DNA of 64,000 bases, from contig OY968796.1 in assembly GCA_963695545.1 (NCBI GenBank), forward strand, positions 352,001-416,000. Direction: 5' to 3'. The stretch is from Terriglobia bacterium. GTDB taxonomy: Bacteria; Acidobacteriota; Terriglobia; Acidiferrales; UBA7541. Shown here piece after piece: positions 30,388-40,868 of the stretch (the first letter of the stretch is position 1; each line of letters begins with the position of its first letter). Under the pieces are notes generated by a model, which saw only the letters and a list, made by a program, of their open reading frames with translations, ran no database searches and was not told the DNA's origin. The translations under genes and the position numbers were made by a program.

Positions 30388-30529
30388 CCGAGACTGCTCA
30401 AAATGCTCCGAGGAATAGGTTTGGACCGGCGGAAGGTCTGCGGCGTCCGGACCAAATCTACTATATAACGTCCCGCGCTTCCCCGCCAAACCGAGCGTCC
30501 TAAGCGTTGCGAGAAGCGCCAGCCCGCCG

Positions 30530-30639
30530 TGTTTCAAGATATTTGTGGCGCATGGGCGTGAGGAACGAAAGCTTCGCGCCGCGCTCTAGGCGGGAAGCCT
30601 TCGTTCCTCACGTTCGGGCGACACAAATGTCTTGAAACA
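30530..30639. repeat. 110-bp imperfect palindrome (REP/MITE-like or structured RNA)
   Basis: tgtttcaaga/tcttgaaaca, atttgtg/cacaaat and cgtgaggaacgaa/ttcgttcctcacg arms around a short loop. Confidence 0.85.
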
Positions 30640-30698
30640 TCGCATTCATTTCGAAATAATTTCCACAGCTCTTCGAATAGAATGCCCTATGAATAACA

Positions 30699-30728
30699 TT
30701 GACATGTGAACTAACTATATCGTATCAT
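30699..30728 (+). promoter_or_regulatory. Sigma-70 promoter preceding AT-rich motif array A
   Basis: TTGACA-N18-TATCAT. Confidence 0.6.
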
Positions 30729-30844
30729 CGGGAATGGACCGCGATCATACATCCCCGCCGCTAGCCTCCCGTCTCGCACCGTTGAACTCCCACCACTCCG
30801 CCCGTCGTCATAAGTCAAACTCTTCTGCACAAAAGTGCCCTTCC

Positions 30845-31050
30845 AACCCTTTTATTTTCAAGGCCGTGCAAATGAGTGTGCATCTTATTGAAAATAGGCG
30901 CTATCAAGTCCCTTTGTATTCACACTCATCCGCACTCTTTCCCTGCACCCCATTTGTTTTCAACACTTTAACAAAAACAGTGGGGGGTATATATACCCTT
31001 CACACTAGCTCTAAACCTAAACTCCTTTTCTTTCAGCGAGTTCCGCAAAC
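30845..31050 (+). repeat. AT-rich degenerate motif array A (AAsyCC-N4/5-ywTTCA), with G6 tract
   Basis: Copies at 30845, 30906, 30946, 31019; GGGGGG at 30982-30987; related to 52137-52230. Confidence 0.6.
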
Positions 31051-31195
31051 CCTCCAACAATCCGAATCTCTATGCAACATTAGCCGACAACTATGGGCTG
31101 CGTTGACTGATACGCCCCCGCGTGGCCCCGGCGCAAGAACCTCAGAAAAACTCTCGACGCAGAACATTTCTCACACCAAACGCGTATTAAGTGAC

Positions 31196-32818
31196 ATGAC
31201 GAGAACCAAGCACTACGTGCGCTTAAGTCTATTTGTCTTTTCCGTAGCCATTTTTGCCCATGGCCAAGCCCTGCCCCCAACCACACGTGCCGACGTTACA
31301 CCGTCCGTATCGCCACTGTGGGGGGATTTAGCTCCGGGGCCGTACCGGGTGGGTTTCCGCTCCTTGTTCAGATTCGATACTTCTCGCACTTGGGCAAGCA
31401 CGCGCGACTTCAAGGGGACGTTCTCTCCAGACCTGAGCGGAAGGCCCGTTCAGATCAACATTTGGTATCCAGCAAGAACGGATGCGGAAGCGAAGCAGAT
31501 GCACTTCGGAGACTACGTCGATCAGCTCTCGCCCGAAGCATTTTCGGAGTTCGACTCGATTATGAGGGACCGAAATCGGCAAGACGTGGTCGGCTCTGTT
31601 TCCCACGATCAACTCGCGGCATTGCAGGCAACGCCCATGAACGCATTCGGCGCCGCACCTCCGGCAGAGGGCCGCTTCCCGGCGGTGCTCTACTTTGGAG
31701 GTCTGGATGCGCAAATAAACTCGAACGTCATCCTATGTGAATACCTCGCAAGTCATGGATATATCGTCGCTAGTGTTTCATTACTGGGGCCTACAAACGA
31801 GCAAACCTTTCAGTCACGAACATCCGAAGACCTTGAAGCCAGCGTGCGAGACATGGAATTTGCTTGGTCGGTCCTGGCCGAGAACCCAAGCACGGATCGA
31901 ACAAGACTTGCGGTCATGGGCCACAGTGTTGGTGCAATTGAGGCTGTGCTGTTCGGAATGCGCAACGCAAACGTCTCCGCTGTCATCGCCCTGGATGGCA
32001 CTTACGCTTTCCCGGGTTTGTCGACGGTGCTTACACATGCTTACGGATATGCTCCGGAGAAAATGCGTGCCGCGTTTCTGGACCTACGGAGAGCCCAAGG
32101 TGCGCAGGGAAATGATCCGCTCGATCTGACGACGGTGGAATCATTTCGGTACTCCGACAGAACCTTCGTCACGATCGAAAAGATGCATCACAGCGATTTC
32201 ACGTCGTTCGCGATGATCGGAGAACAGTTTCATACACCGATCGCGGCTGACTATCCGTTGAACGGGTGGAATAGGGAAACTGCGAAAACTGGGCACGAGC
32301 AGGCTTGCAGAATCGTCCTGGCCTTCCTCGATGCCAAGGTCCGAAATGACGCGAACGCTCTTACCACTCTTAGCGAGGCAGTCCAGCAAGCGGATGGAGG
32401 CCTATTGAGGCATGAAGAGGGCACACCTGCGCCTCCATCACCTTTAGAATCGGCTGCTTTGGCCAGCCAGCAAGGCCTGGGGGCCGTGAAGGCGCTCTTC
32501 GTCAGGATTTGCGGGGAGAGAGGCGTTGGAACGTGTATCGACGGCGACCGATTCAACACCTGGGGGTACAACTTATTGGGGCAAAATCGTCCGAAAGATG
32601 CGCTTGCCGTTTTCGAGTTGGCTGTCTGGGCCCATCCAAGGTCTGCCAACGCGCAAGACAGTCTTGCGGACGGCTACCTTGCGGTCGGCGACAAGGAGAG
32701 CGCGCGAAAAGCCGTTATCCGAGCCATCGAACTTGCGCCGAGTGACCCGTCGCTTGATGCGGGCTCCGAACCATCGTTCCTGTCTGAAGAACACGCGCGC
32801 CTGCAACAAATCCAATAG
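31196..32818 (+). CDS. Secreted alpha/beta hydrolase (PAF-acetylhydrolase/dienelactone hydrolase-like) with C-terminal TPR
   Basis: Signal peptide, GPYRVG, IWYPA, EYLASHGYIV, GHSVG nucleophile elbow, NAQDSLADGY TPR; lower GC than flanks; ATG 31196 preferred over 30734. Confidence 0.82.
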   Translation: MTRTKHYVRLSLFVFSVAIFAHGQALPPTTRADVTPSVSPLWGDLAPGPYRVGFRSLFRFDTSRTWASTRDFKGTFSPDLSGRPVQINIWYPARTDAEAKQMHFGDYVDQLSPEAFSEFDSIMRDRNRQDVVGSVSHDQLAALQATPMNAFGAAPPAEGRFPAVLYFGGLDAQINSNVILCEYLASHGYIVASVSLLGPTNEQTFQSRTSEDLEASVRDMEFAWSVLAENPSTDRTRLAVMGHSVGAIEAVLFGMRNANVSAVIALDGTYAFPGLSTVLTHAYGYAPEKMRAAFLDLRRAQGAQGNDPLDLTTVESFRYSDRTFVTIEKMHHSDFTSFAMIGEQFHTPIAADYPLNGWNRETAKTGHEQACRIVLAFLDAKVRNDANALTTLSEAVQQADGGLLRHEEGTPAPPSPLESAALASQQGLGAVKALFVRICGERGVGTCIDGDRFNTWGYNLLGQNRPKDALAVFELAVWAHPRSANAQDSLADGYLAVGDKESARKAVIRAIELAPSDPSLDAGSEPSFLSEEHARLQQIQ

Positions 32819-33052
32819 CCCTATTCGCGCGCTCATGCAGCCATGACGGCTCAATCATCGGCGCTAAACACGCCGCCGGACGAACCAAATGCGTTCTGAA
32901 CAGCAGGACTAACGAATTCGCATGGTTGCGGACAATTACTTTCGGGACTTGCGCTCGCGCCCGCCTGCGCGTTGGCCGCCGCGCATTTCTGTGGCAGACT
33001 TGTATTTCGAGGGGAGCCGGAAAATCACTCCCGCCTCATCCCGAAAAAATCC

Positions 33053-34864
33053 ATGGATCCCCAATTCATACGCAACTTCTGCATCATCGCGCATATCGAC
33101 CACGGCAAATCCACGCTTGCCGACCGCCTCCTCGAGCTCACTGGCGCGCTCACCCAGCGCGAGATGAGTTCCCAAGTCCTCGATTCCATGGATCTCGAAA
33201 AAGAGCGCGGCATCACCATCAAAGCCAAAAGCATCCGCCTGCATTACCGCGCGCCCGATGGACAGGAATATCAGCTAAACCTAATCGACACGCCCGGCCA
33301 CGTGGATTTTTCTTACGAAGTCTCGCGCGCGCTTTCCGCGTGCGAAGGCGCGCTGCTCGTGGTGGACGCAAGCCAGGGCGTCGAAGCGCAAACCGTCGCC
33401 AATACGTTTCTCGCCGCGGAGCACAATCTCACGATCGTCCCCGTGATCAACAAAATCGACTTGCCCGCGTCGCGTCCCGATGAAGTCAAAGAACAGATCG
33501 AATCCGTGCTCGCGATTCCGGCCTCCGATGCGATTCTGATCAGCGCGAAAAGCGGCCTCGGAGTCGAAGCCGTGCTCGATGCCATCGTCGCCCGCATTCC
33601 TCCGCCCGTCGGCTCGGCCGATGCCCCGCTGCGCGCGCTGATTTTCGATTCCTGGTTCGATATTTATCGCGGCGCCGTCGTGCAGGTCCGCGTGGTCGAA
33701 GGAACCATCCGTCCGCACCAGAAAATCCGCCTGTGCGCCAATAACGAAGTCTTCGAGGTCGAAACCCTCGGCGCGCTCACGCCCAAGCCCGTCGCTCTCG
33801 ACGAATTGGCCGCCGGCGACGTCGGCTTCGTCGTCGCCAACATCAAGCGCGTGGCCGATGCGCGCGTTGGCGATACCATCGTCGACGCAATTCACCCCGC
33901 CGCGCCGCTGCCCGGCTTTGAAGCCATCAAACCCATGGTCTTCGCCGGCCTCTACCCGGTGCAAGCCTCGGGCTACGAGCCGCTGCGCGACGCGCTCGGC
34001 AAGCTGCAACTGAACGACGCCGCATTTTTCTACGAGCCCGAAACTTCGGCCGCGCTCGGATTCGGATTTCGCTGCGGCTTTCTCGGCTTGCTGCACATGG
34101 AGATCGTTCAGGAACGCCTCGAGCGCGAATTCGGAATCGATCTCATCACCACCGCGCCGAGCGTGCGCTATCGCATCACCACCGCCGCGGGCCAGGTCCT
34201 CGAAGTCGATAACCCGACGAAATTCCCCACGCCCGATTCCATCGCGAAGATCGAAGAGCCCGTGATCACCGCGATGATCATTTCCTCGGAGGAATCGGTC
34301 GGCGCAATCCTGAAACTCTGCGAGGACAAGCGCGGCGTGCAGAAAAATTTCGAGTACCTCTCGCCCACGCGCGTCCTGCTCACCTATGAAATGCCGCTCA
34401 ACGAAGTCGTTCTCGATTTTTACGATCGTCTGAAGAGCGCGTCGCGCGGCTACGCCTCGCTCGATTACCACCTGTCCGGTTACAAAGAAGGCGATCTTGT
34501 GAAGCTCGACGTGCTGGTCGCTGGCGAGCCGGTCGACGCGCTCGTGCTGGTCTGCCATCGCGAGTTCGCCTACGAGCGCGGCCGCGATCTGGTCACGCGC
34601 CTGCGCAAACTCATTCCGCGGCAAATGTTCGAGGTGCCGATTCAAGCCGCGATCGGCAGCAGAGTGATCGCGCGTGAAACCGTCGCCGCCATGCGCAAGA
34701 ACGTGATCGCCAAATGCTACGGCGGAGACATCTCGCGCAAACGCAAGCTCCTCGAAAAACAAAAAGAAGGAAAGCGCCGCATGAAGCGCGTGGGCCGCGT
34801 GGATATTCCGCAGGAAGCGTTCCTCGCCGTGCTCAAAGTCGCGAGCTCTTCCGATGACGATTAG
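33053..34864 (+). CDS. lepA: Elongation factor 4
   Basis: [49 protein letters not shown]. Confidence 0.98.
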   Translation: MDPQFIRNFCIIAHIDHGKSTLADRLLELTGALTQREMSSQVLDSMDLEKERGITIKAKSIRLHYRAPDGQEYQLNLIDTPGHVDFSYEVSRALSACEGALLVVDASQGVEAQTVANTFLAAEHNLTIVPVINKIDLPASRPDEVKEQIESVLAIPASDAILISAKSGLGVEAVLDAIVARIPPPVGSADAPLRALIFDSWFDIYRGAVVQVRVVEGTIRPHQKIRLCANNEVFEVETLGALTPKPVALDELAAGDVGFVVANIKRVADARVGDTIVDAIHPAAPLPGFEAIKPMVFAGLYPVQASGYEPLRDALGKLQLNDAAFFYEPETSAALGFGFRCGFLGLLHMEIVQERLEREFGIDLITTAPSVRYRITTAAGQVLEVDNPTKFPTPDSIAKIEEPVITAMIISSEESVGAILKLCEDKRGVQKNFEYLSPTRVLLTYEMPLNEVVLDFYDRLKSASRGYASLDYHLSGYKEGDLVKLDVLVAGEPVDALVLVCHREFAYERGRDLVTRLRKLIPRQMFEVPIQAAIGSRVIARETVAAMRKNVIAKCYGGDISRKRKLLEKQKEGKRRMKRVGRVDIPQEAFLAVLKVASSSDDD

Positions 34865-34908
34865 AACTATGCTCGTCGCACAACGCCCCGCTGCGATTCC
34901 GCCGCGCG

Positions 34909-36276
34909 CTACTTCTGCGGCGTGTCCTTCTGCCGAACTTCCGCGCCGAGACTCCCGCGTGCCAGTTGCACGCGCACTTCGTCTCCCAGCGCCACTTGCG
35001 CGCTCGAACGCACAATATTCCCCGCCGCGTCCGTGCAGATCGCATATCCGCGTTCGAGCACGCGCAGCGGTCCGCGCTCTTCAAGCTGCACGAACACGCG
35101 CTCGAGCCGCTGCCTCTTCAGCGCAAGCAATCGCTCGATGCGCGCGCCCAATTCGCCCGAGCGCTGCGCCGCGCGTTGCCGCCACGCCGCAATGCGCTGC
35201 CGAAAATCGAACGATACGATGCGCGTCGCCGCAATCGTCAAGCGCCGGCGCAATCGCTCGGTCCGCGCGTCGAGCGCCTCGCCCAATCGCGCCACAAGCT
35301 CGTCGGTTTGTTGCCTGTGTCGCCGCACCAATTCCTCGATGCGCCGGAATCCCACGTGCGTCGCAAGTTCGCGCAACCGGTCGCGCTGTTCGAGCAGCCG
35401 GTAACGTATACGCGCCTCCAGATCGCCGCGCAGTTCGGCGAGGTGCCGGTTGAATTCTTTTTTTGTGCCTACGACGAGTTCGGCCGCGGCCGATGGCGTT
35501 GAGGCGCGCACGTCCGCCACAAAATCCGCAATCGTGAAATCGGTTTCGTGCCCCACGCCGGAAATAATCGGAATGGTGCACGCGGCGATCGCGCGCGCCA
35601 GCACTTCTTCATTGAACGCCCACAAATCTTCGAGCGAGCCGCCGCCGCGCACCAGCAGGATCACGTCCGCCGATTGCTTGCGATTGAAATACTTGATGGC
35701 CGCCGCGATTTCCGCCGCGGCTCCTTCGCCCTGCACGCGCGTGGGATAGAGCAGCAGATGGAGATTCGGAAATCGCCGCCGCAAAATTCGGATCACGTCG
35801 CGCACCGCAGCGCCGCGTGGCGACGTGATGATCCCGACGCGCCGCGGCAGCGCCGGCAGCGGCCGCTTGTGCGCCGCATCAAACAATCCTTCTTTTTCGA
35901 GGCGCTTCTTCAACTGCTCGAAAGCCAATTGCAGCGCGCCCAGTCCCACCGGCTCGATGTGCTCGGCGTACAACTGGTATTCGCCGCGCGGCTCGTACAC
36001 TCCGATCGATCCGCGCACCGTAACTTTCAATCCGTCTTCGGGGCGAAACTTCAGGCGCATGGCCTGATTGCGAAACGTCACGCAGCGAATCTGCGCGCGC
36101 GCGTCCTTCAGCGTGAAATAAATGTGGCCCGGCTGCGACACGTGGCAGTTCGAGACTTCGCCTTCGACCCAAACATCCGCGAACGCGCCGGCCAGAATGT
36201 CGCGAATCCGCTCGGTCAATTCCTGCACCGACCAGATTTTTCTTCCCGGCACGAGATTGAGCGGGAGTTGGTTCAT
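34909..36276 (-). CDS. xseA: Exodeoxyribonuclease VII large subunit
   Basis: WVEGEVSN, GHIYFTLKD, RGGGSLEDLWAFNEE, GVGHETD, TPSAAAE. Confidence 0.96.
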   Translation of the reverse strand: MNQLPLNLVPGRKIWSVQELTERIRDILAGAFADVWVEGEVSNCHVSQPGHIYFTLKDARAQIRCVTFRNQAMRLKFRPEDGLKVTVRGSIGVYEPRGEYQLYAEHIEPVGLGALQLAFEQLKKRLEKEGLFDAAHKRPLPALPRRVGIITSPRGAAVRDVIRILRRRFPNLHLLLYPTRVQGEGAAAEIAAAIKYFNRKQSADVILLVRGGGSLEDLWAFNEEVLARAIAACTIPIISGVGHETDFTIADFVADVRASTPSAAAELVVGTKKEFNRHLAELRGDLEARIRYRLLEQRDRLRELATHVGFRRIEELVRRHRQQTDELVARLGEALDARTERLRRRLTIAATRIVSFDFRQRIAAWRQRAAQRSGELGARIERLLALKRQRLERVFVQLEERGPLRVLERGYAICTDAAGNIVRSSAQVALGDEVRVQLARGSLGAEVRQKDTPQK

Positions 36277-36506
36277 CGGCGCATCCCATTCACAAGCCAA
36301 AACACAACTGTGAGAACCGCGCTGATGATCACGCAAGTGACGATCGGAAAATAAAATGATCCATTCTTCCCGCGGTAGGAAATATCGCCCGGCAGCCGGC
36401 CGAGGCGGAGAGGCAGGCGTCCACCCATAAATAGGAACGCACCAGCGAGAACAATCAGTGCGCCGGCGATAACCAGCAGCTTGCCGAACTCGCGCGTTGG
36501 TTCCAT
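36273..36506 (-). CDS. DUF2905 family small membrane protein
   Basis: LGRLPGDI...FYFPIVTC. Confidence 0.88.
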   Translation of the reverse strand: MEPTREFGKLLVIAGALIVLAGAFLFMGGRLPLRLGRLPGDISYRGKNGSFYFPIVTCVIISAVLTVVFWLVNGMRR

Positions 36507-36580
36507 GCCGCCATTCTACCCAAGTGCGGTCGGCAAGGCACGGCTGCGAAAATATCGGCGCGGGCGGCCGCAACGCGCGG

Positions 36581-37000
36581 CTACAGAAGCTCGTACCCGG
36601 CGAAAAAGTAGCCGATCTCGAATGCCGCCGTGTCCGGAGCGTCCGAGCCATGCGTACAATTGAATTGAATGCTCGTGCCGAACTCGCGGCGAATCGAGCC
36701 GGGAGCGGCTTTCGCGGGATCGGTCGCGCCCATGGTTTCGCGCCAGCGCGAGATCGCGGATTCAGTTTCGAGCACGGCCACGACGATTGGGCCCGAGCTC
36801 ATGAATTCGGTGAGCTCGGCGAAGAAACCTTTCGTGCGATGCACGGCATAGAAACCTTCGGCCTCCGCGCGCGTGAGGCGCAGCGACTTGAGAGCTACGA
36901 AGCGGAATCCGGCCTTTTCGATGCGCGCGAGAATTTCGCCGGTCAGCTTTCGACCGGTCGCATCAGGCTTTACGATGGACAGCGTTCTTTCAACAGCCAT
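36581..37000 (-). CDS. ndk: Nucleoside diphosphate kinase
   Basis: [24 protein letters not shown]. Confidence 0.97.
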   Translation of the reverse strand: MAVERTLSIVKPDATGRKLTGEILARIEKAGFRFVALKSLRLTRAEAEGFYAVHRTKGFFAELTEFMSSGPIVVAVLETESAISRWRETMGATDPAKAAPGSIRREFGTSIQFNCTHGSDAPDTAAFEIGYFFAGYELL

Positions 37001-37027
37001 ATTTCGCTCCTGGGCTCGCTCGCCCGA

Positions 37028-37900
37028 TTATTTCCCGATCGCCGCGGCGAGCGTTTTGCCGATGTCGGCCGGACTCTGCACACAATGAATTCCCGCGGCG
37101 GACATGGCCTCGTATTTTTCTTTCGCCGTGCCCGAGCCGCCGCTGATAATCGCGCCCGCGTGTCCCATGCGGCGCCCCGGCGGCGCGGTTTGCCCGGCGA
37201 TAAATCCGACCACCGGCTTTTTCACGTGCGCGCGAATGTATTCGGCGGCCTGCTGCTCGGCGTTGCCGCCAATTTCGCCGATCAGAATGATGGCGCTCGT
37301 GTCCGCGTCTTCGTGGAACAATTTGATCGCGTCCAGAAACGAAGTGCCGATGATCGGATCGCCGCCGATTCCGATGCACGTCGATTGACCGATCCCAAGA
37401 CGCGTCAATTGGTCCACCGCCTCATAAGTGAGAGTGCCGCTGCGGCTGACCACGCCGACGTGACCTTGTTTGTGAATGCGGCCCGGCATGATTCCGATTT
37501 TGCATTGGCCCGGCGAAATCACGCCAGGGCAGTTCGGGCCGATCAAGCGCGTGCCGGAGCCCGCGAGCGCCGCGGCCACGCGCACCATGTCGAGCACCGG
37601 CACGCCTTCGGTGATGCAGATCACCAGCGGCAAACCCGCGTCGGCGGCTTCGAGAATGGCGCCAGCCGCGAATGGCGGCGGCACAAAAATCACCGACGCA
37701 TTTGCGCCAGTCTCACGCGCCGCTTCGGCGACGGTATTGAAAACGGGCACACCGAGGTGCAGCGAGCCCCCTTTTCCTGGCGTCACGCCGCCGACGACCT
37801 TTGTGCCGTACTCGATCATCTGCTCCGAATGAAATGTGCCTTCGCGTCCCGTGATTCCCTGCACCAGAACTTTCGTTTTCTCGTTGACGAGGACGCTCAT
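37028..37900 (-). CDS. sucD: Succinyl-CoA synthetase alpha subunit
   Basis: [30 protein letters not shown]. Confidence 0.98.
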   Translation of the reverse strand: MSVLVNEKTKVLVQGITGREGTFHSEQMIEYGTKVVGGVTPGKGGSLHLGVPVFNTVAEAARETGANASVIFVPPPFAAGAILEAADAGLPLVICITEGVPVLDMVRVAAALAGSGTRLIGPNCPGVISPGQCKIGIMPGRIHKQGHVGVVSRSGTLTYEAVDQLTRLGIGQSTCIGIGGDPIIGTSFLDAIKLFHEDADTSAIILIGEIGGNAEQQAAEYIRAHVKKPVVGFIAGQTAPPGRRMGHAGAIISGGSGTAKEKYEAMSAAGIHCVQSPADIGKTLAAAIGK

Positions 37901-39078
37901 CGAGTTTTCCCCGCCCCGGCCGCGGCAAGTGCCACGATTTTCTGCGCGCCGTCATTCATATCGCTTGCGATTCCGAAATTGAAGCCGGACGAGCTTAGAA
38001 TTTCCTTGCCCTTCTCGACGTTGGTGCCCTCCATGCGAATGACGATGGGCACTTTGATATTCAACTCGCGCGCCGCGGCCACCACGCCCGTGGCCAGCAC
38101 GTCGCAGCGCAGGATGCCGCCGAAAATATTGATGTACACGCCGCGCACGCTCGGATCGCTGATCAAAATCTTGAACGCGTTCTTCACCTGCTCGGCGGAA
38201 GCGCCGCCGCCAACATCCAGAAAATTCGCGGGTGATCCTCCGGCGAGCTTAATAATGTCCATCGTGGCCATGGCCAGTCCCGCGCCGTTCACCATGCAAC
38301 CGACGGTGCCGTCGAGCTTGATGTAGTTGAGTTTGAATTTCGAGGCCTCGACTTCGAGCGGCTCCTCTTCGTCGAGATCGCGCAGCTCGGCAATATCTTT
38401 ATGGCGATAAAGCGCGTTGTCGTCGAAATTCATTTTCGCATCGAGCGCGACGAGCTTGCCTTCGCCGGTCAGCACCAGCGGATTGATTTCTGCAAGCGAC
38501 GCGTCGGTTTCGATGAACGCGCGATACAGCGATTGCAAAAACGCCGTCGCGCCCGCGACGGATTCCGCGGGCAGCCCCAGGCCGAAAGCGATCTTGCGCG
38601 CTTGATACGCCTGGAAACCGGCGGCGGGGTGCACGGTTTCGCGCAGAATCGCCGCGGGATTCGTGCGCGCAACTTCCTCGATCTCGACTCCGCCGGCCGC
38701 GCTCGCCATCAGCACCGGCGCGGCCACGGCGCGATCCACCAAAACGCTCAGATACAATTCGCGCTTGATGTCCAATCCCTCTTCGATCAGCAAGCGCTTC
38801 ACCACGCGCCCGCCCGGCCCGGTCTGCGGCGTCACAAGCGTCATGCCCAACATCTTGGCCGCGAGTTCGCCCGCTTCGGCCGGCGACTTCGCGAGCTTCA
38901 CGCCGCCGCCCTTGCCTCGCCCGCCCGCGTGAATTTGCGCCTTCACCACGACTACCTTCGTGCCCAGACGCTCGGCCGCGGCGCGCGCCGCTTCGGCGGA
39001 AGTCACCATTTCGCCGCGCGGCGTGGGCACACCGAAACGGCGCAGGATTTCCTTGGCTTGATATTCGTGAATCTTCAT
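37897..39078 (-). CDS. sucC: Succinyl-CoA synthetase beta subunit
   Basis: [37 protein letters not shown]. Confidence 0.98.
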   Translation of the reverse strand: MKIHEYQAKEILRRFGVPTPRGEMVTSAEAARAAAERLGTKVVVVKAQIHAGGRGKGGGVKLAKSPAEAGELAAKMLGMTLVTPQTGPGGRVVKRLLIEEGLDIKRELYLSVLVDRAVAAPVLMASAAGGVEIEEVARTNPAAILRETVHPAAGFQAYQARKIAFGLGLPAESVAGATAFLQSLYRAFIETDASLAEINPLVLTGEGKLVALDAKMNFDDNALYRHKDIAELRDLDEEEPLEVEASKFKLNYIKLDGTVGCMVNGAGLAMATMDIIKLAGGSPANFLDVGGGASAEQVKNAFKILISDPSVRGVYINIFGGILRCDVLATGVVAAARELNIKVPIVIRMEGTNVEKGKEILSSSGFNFGIASDMNDGAQKIVALAAAGAGKTR

Positions 39079-39276
39079 CGACCATCCATCAGTGCGCGAT
39101 TGCCTGCTGCACGCAAACCAAGAAGTTTAGCCGGAAGCCCGCGGTCCGACAAGGACGCGAGCCCATGGTCGCGTAGTCCGCGGCCACGGACGCCCTCGAA
39201 TTCGCGACAAATTCTCGAATCTTCCTCGGCGGAAGACCGGCCAGGTGAAGGACGCGCCGGGGTTCGCGGGGCTGAA

Positions 39277-40128
39277 CTACTCGCCGGCCTTGGCTGCCAG
39301 TGCTCCGGCGACCGCGATGTTTTGCAGGAGCGCATCCGGAATGCCGTGGCGCTGCTGCAGATACGCGGGGCTGTTGTAGGAGAGCCAAACTTTTCCCGCG
39401 GCATCTTGCGAGATCAGAATCTTCAGCGGCAAATCGATCGCGCTGGTCGGAGCAGCGAGCATCACCGGCGTCCCGCCTTTGGGATTGCCGAAGATCAGCA
39501 GCTTGGTGGGCAGCATTTGCAATCCGGCCTTCGCCGCTTCGCCGCTGTGATCGACCAAGGCGAAGATGGTGACGCCTTTGGCTTGCAGAATGCCTTTGAG
39601 TTTTTCCACGGTTTCGTCAACCGTGTGATGACTCAGCACGCTGACGATGCCGTCGTCTGTCGCTTGCGCCATGGTTGCATCCTCGCTGTGTTGGGAATTG
39701 ATTCGAGAAGTGGTTCCCGGACTCGCAGTTGCGGCCCGTCGGAGCGAAATCAGGTAAATCGTCATGGCCAAGCCGACCATCGCGAGAAACACGGCGATTG
39801 CCACGGCCATCGTGGAAGAACGCGAGTGCGGTGGCGCGCCGCGATCGAGTTCGCGGACCAATCGCACGTGTTGCCATCCCGCGAACAGATTCATGGCGAC
39901 GCCGACGGCGATCAGCGCGGTTCCGAACCACAGGGACATTCCGTAGGAGTGCGCGGGCGCGACGATCTTGACGATTTGCAGCTCCTGAACGAAAAGCCCA
40001 AATCGCGCGACGACGAAGCCGAAGCCCATCAGAGCCAAACCCGTGCGGATCCAGGCGAGAAGAGTGCGCTCGGCGGCCAGATAGTCGGTGACAGCTGCGC
40101 TTTGGTTGCCTTCAGTCGAGGGAGCCAT
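39277..40128 (-). CDS. DUF202 (YidH-like) - DUF302 fusion protein
   Basis: LAAERTLLAWIRTGLAL (DUF202) followed by IFALVDHS...LIFGNPKGGT..DLPLKIL (DUF302). Confidence 0.82.
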   Translation of the reverse strand: MAPSTEGNQSAAVTDYLAAERTLLAWIRTGLALMGFGFVVARFGLFVQELQIVKIVAPAHSYGMSLWFGTALIAVGVAMNLFAGWQHVRLVRELDRGAPPHSRSSTMAVAIAVFLAMVGLAMTIYLISLRRAATASPGTTSRINSQHSEDATMAQATDDGIVSVLSHHTVDETVEKLKGILQAKGVTIFALVDHSGEAAKAGLQMLPTKLLIFGNPKGGTPVMLAAPTSAIDLPLKILISQDAAGKVWLSYNSPAYLQQRHGIPDALLQNIAVAGALAAKAGE

Positions 40129-40176
40129 TTCCGATTCTCCAGGCGCGGCTTCGCGGGCGCGCGCGCCGTCGGAGTT

Positions 40177-40581
40177 TTATTTGTCCTTGGCGAAACGCAG
40201 TGCGACGGAATTCATACAGTAGCGCTGCCCCGTGGGCTTCGGGCCATCGGGAAAAACGTGGCCCAGGTGCGCGTCACACGCGCGACATCTCACTTCCGTT
40301 CGAGCGATGCCATGGCTGACGTCGGTATCTTCGACGACATTTTCTTCGGAGACGGGCGCCCAGAAGCTCGGCCATCCGGTGCCGGAATCGAATTTTGTGT
40401 CGGAGCTGAACAGCGGCGCGTCGCAACACACGCAGCGAAACACACCTTTGTCGTGCACGTTCAGATTTTCGCCAGTGAAGGGCGGCTCGGTGGCCGCGTG
40501 GCGAGTGACTTCAAACGCGTTCGGAGACAACTGTTTTTTCCATTCTGCTTCGGTCTTCTTAGTCATGGGGATTGAGATCAC
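40177..40581 (-). CDS. msrB: Peptide methionine (R)-sulfoxide reductase MsrB
   Basis: [34 protein letters not shown]; start 40581 (GTG) or 40566 (ATG). Confidence 0.96.
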   Translation of the reverse strand: MISIPMTKKTEAEWKKQLSPNAFEVTRHAATEPPFTGENLNVHDKGVFRCVCCDAPLFSSDTKFDSGTGWPSFWAPVSEENVVEDTDVSHGIARTEVRCRACDAHLGHVFPDGPKPTGQRYCMNSVALRFAKDK

Positions 40582-40868
40582 TCCTTAGCTTTCGTCCGGC
40601 TTCGTGAACTTGCCAATCGGGATCAGCCTCGGCGACGTGCCGGGCACGGCGTCGGCGAAGCGGCATCACTTCTATCATATCGCCAGGAGGCAATGGCGGC
40701 GAGCGCGGCGCTCTCCTGGCCGCCGCACGCCGCCAAAGAACCGAACCGCGAGCAGCGCATTGCACTAACCGGAACGGTACTCCGCGGGCATGAGTCTCTA
40801 AAGTTCTAAACAGAATTGCCAATATTTCTGATATTCTCCGGTGCGTTTTCGAGTGCAGGGGAGCGGTC

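Noticed and set aside
30845..31050. CRISPR array
   Set aside because: Repeats are degenerate and irregularly spaced; no cas genes
33281..34762. 493-aa minus-strand ORF
   Set aside because: Antisense shadow of lepA
34909..36651. Extended N-termini in the ORF track (xseA, manB, crotonase, TPR protein, GH2, permease, matrixin)
   Set aside because: Extensions overlap neighbouring genes or lack homology-like sequence; downstream starts with RBS or coupling were chosen
36497..40575. Long plus-strand ORFs (609 aa and 724 aa)
   Set aside because: Antisense shadows of ndk, sucD, sucC, the DUF202/302 gene and msrB in high-GC DNA; Arg-rich, no motifs
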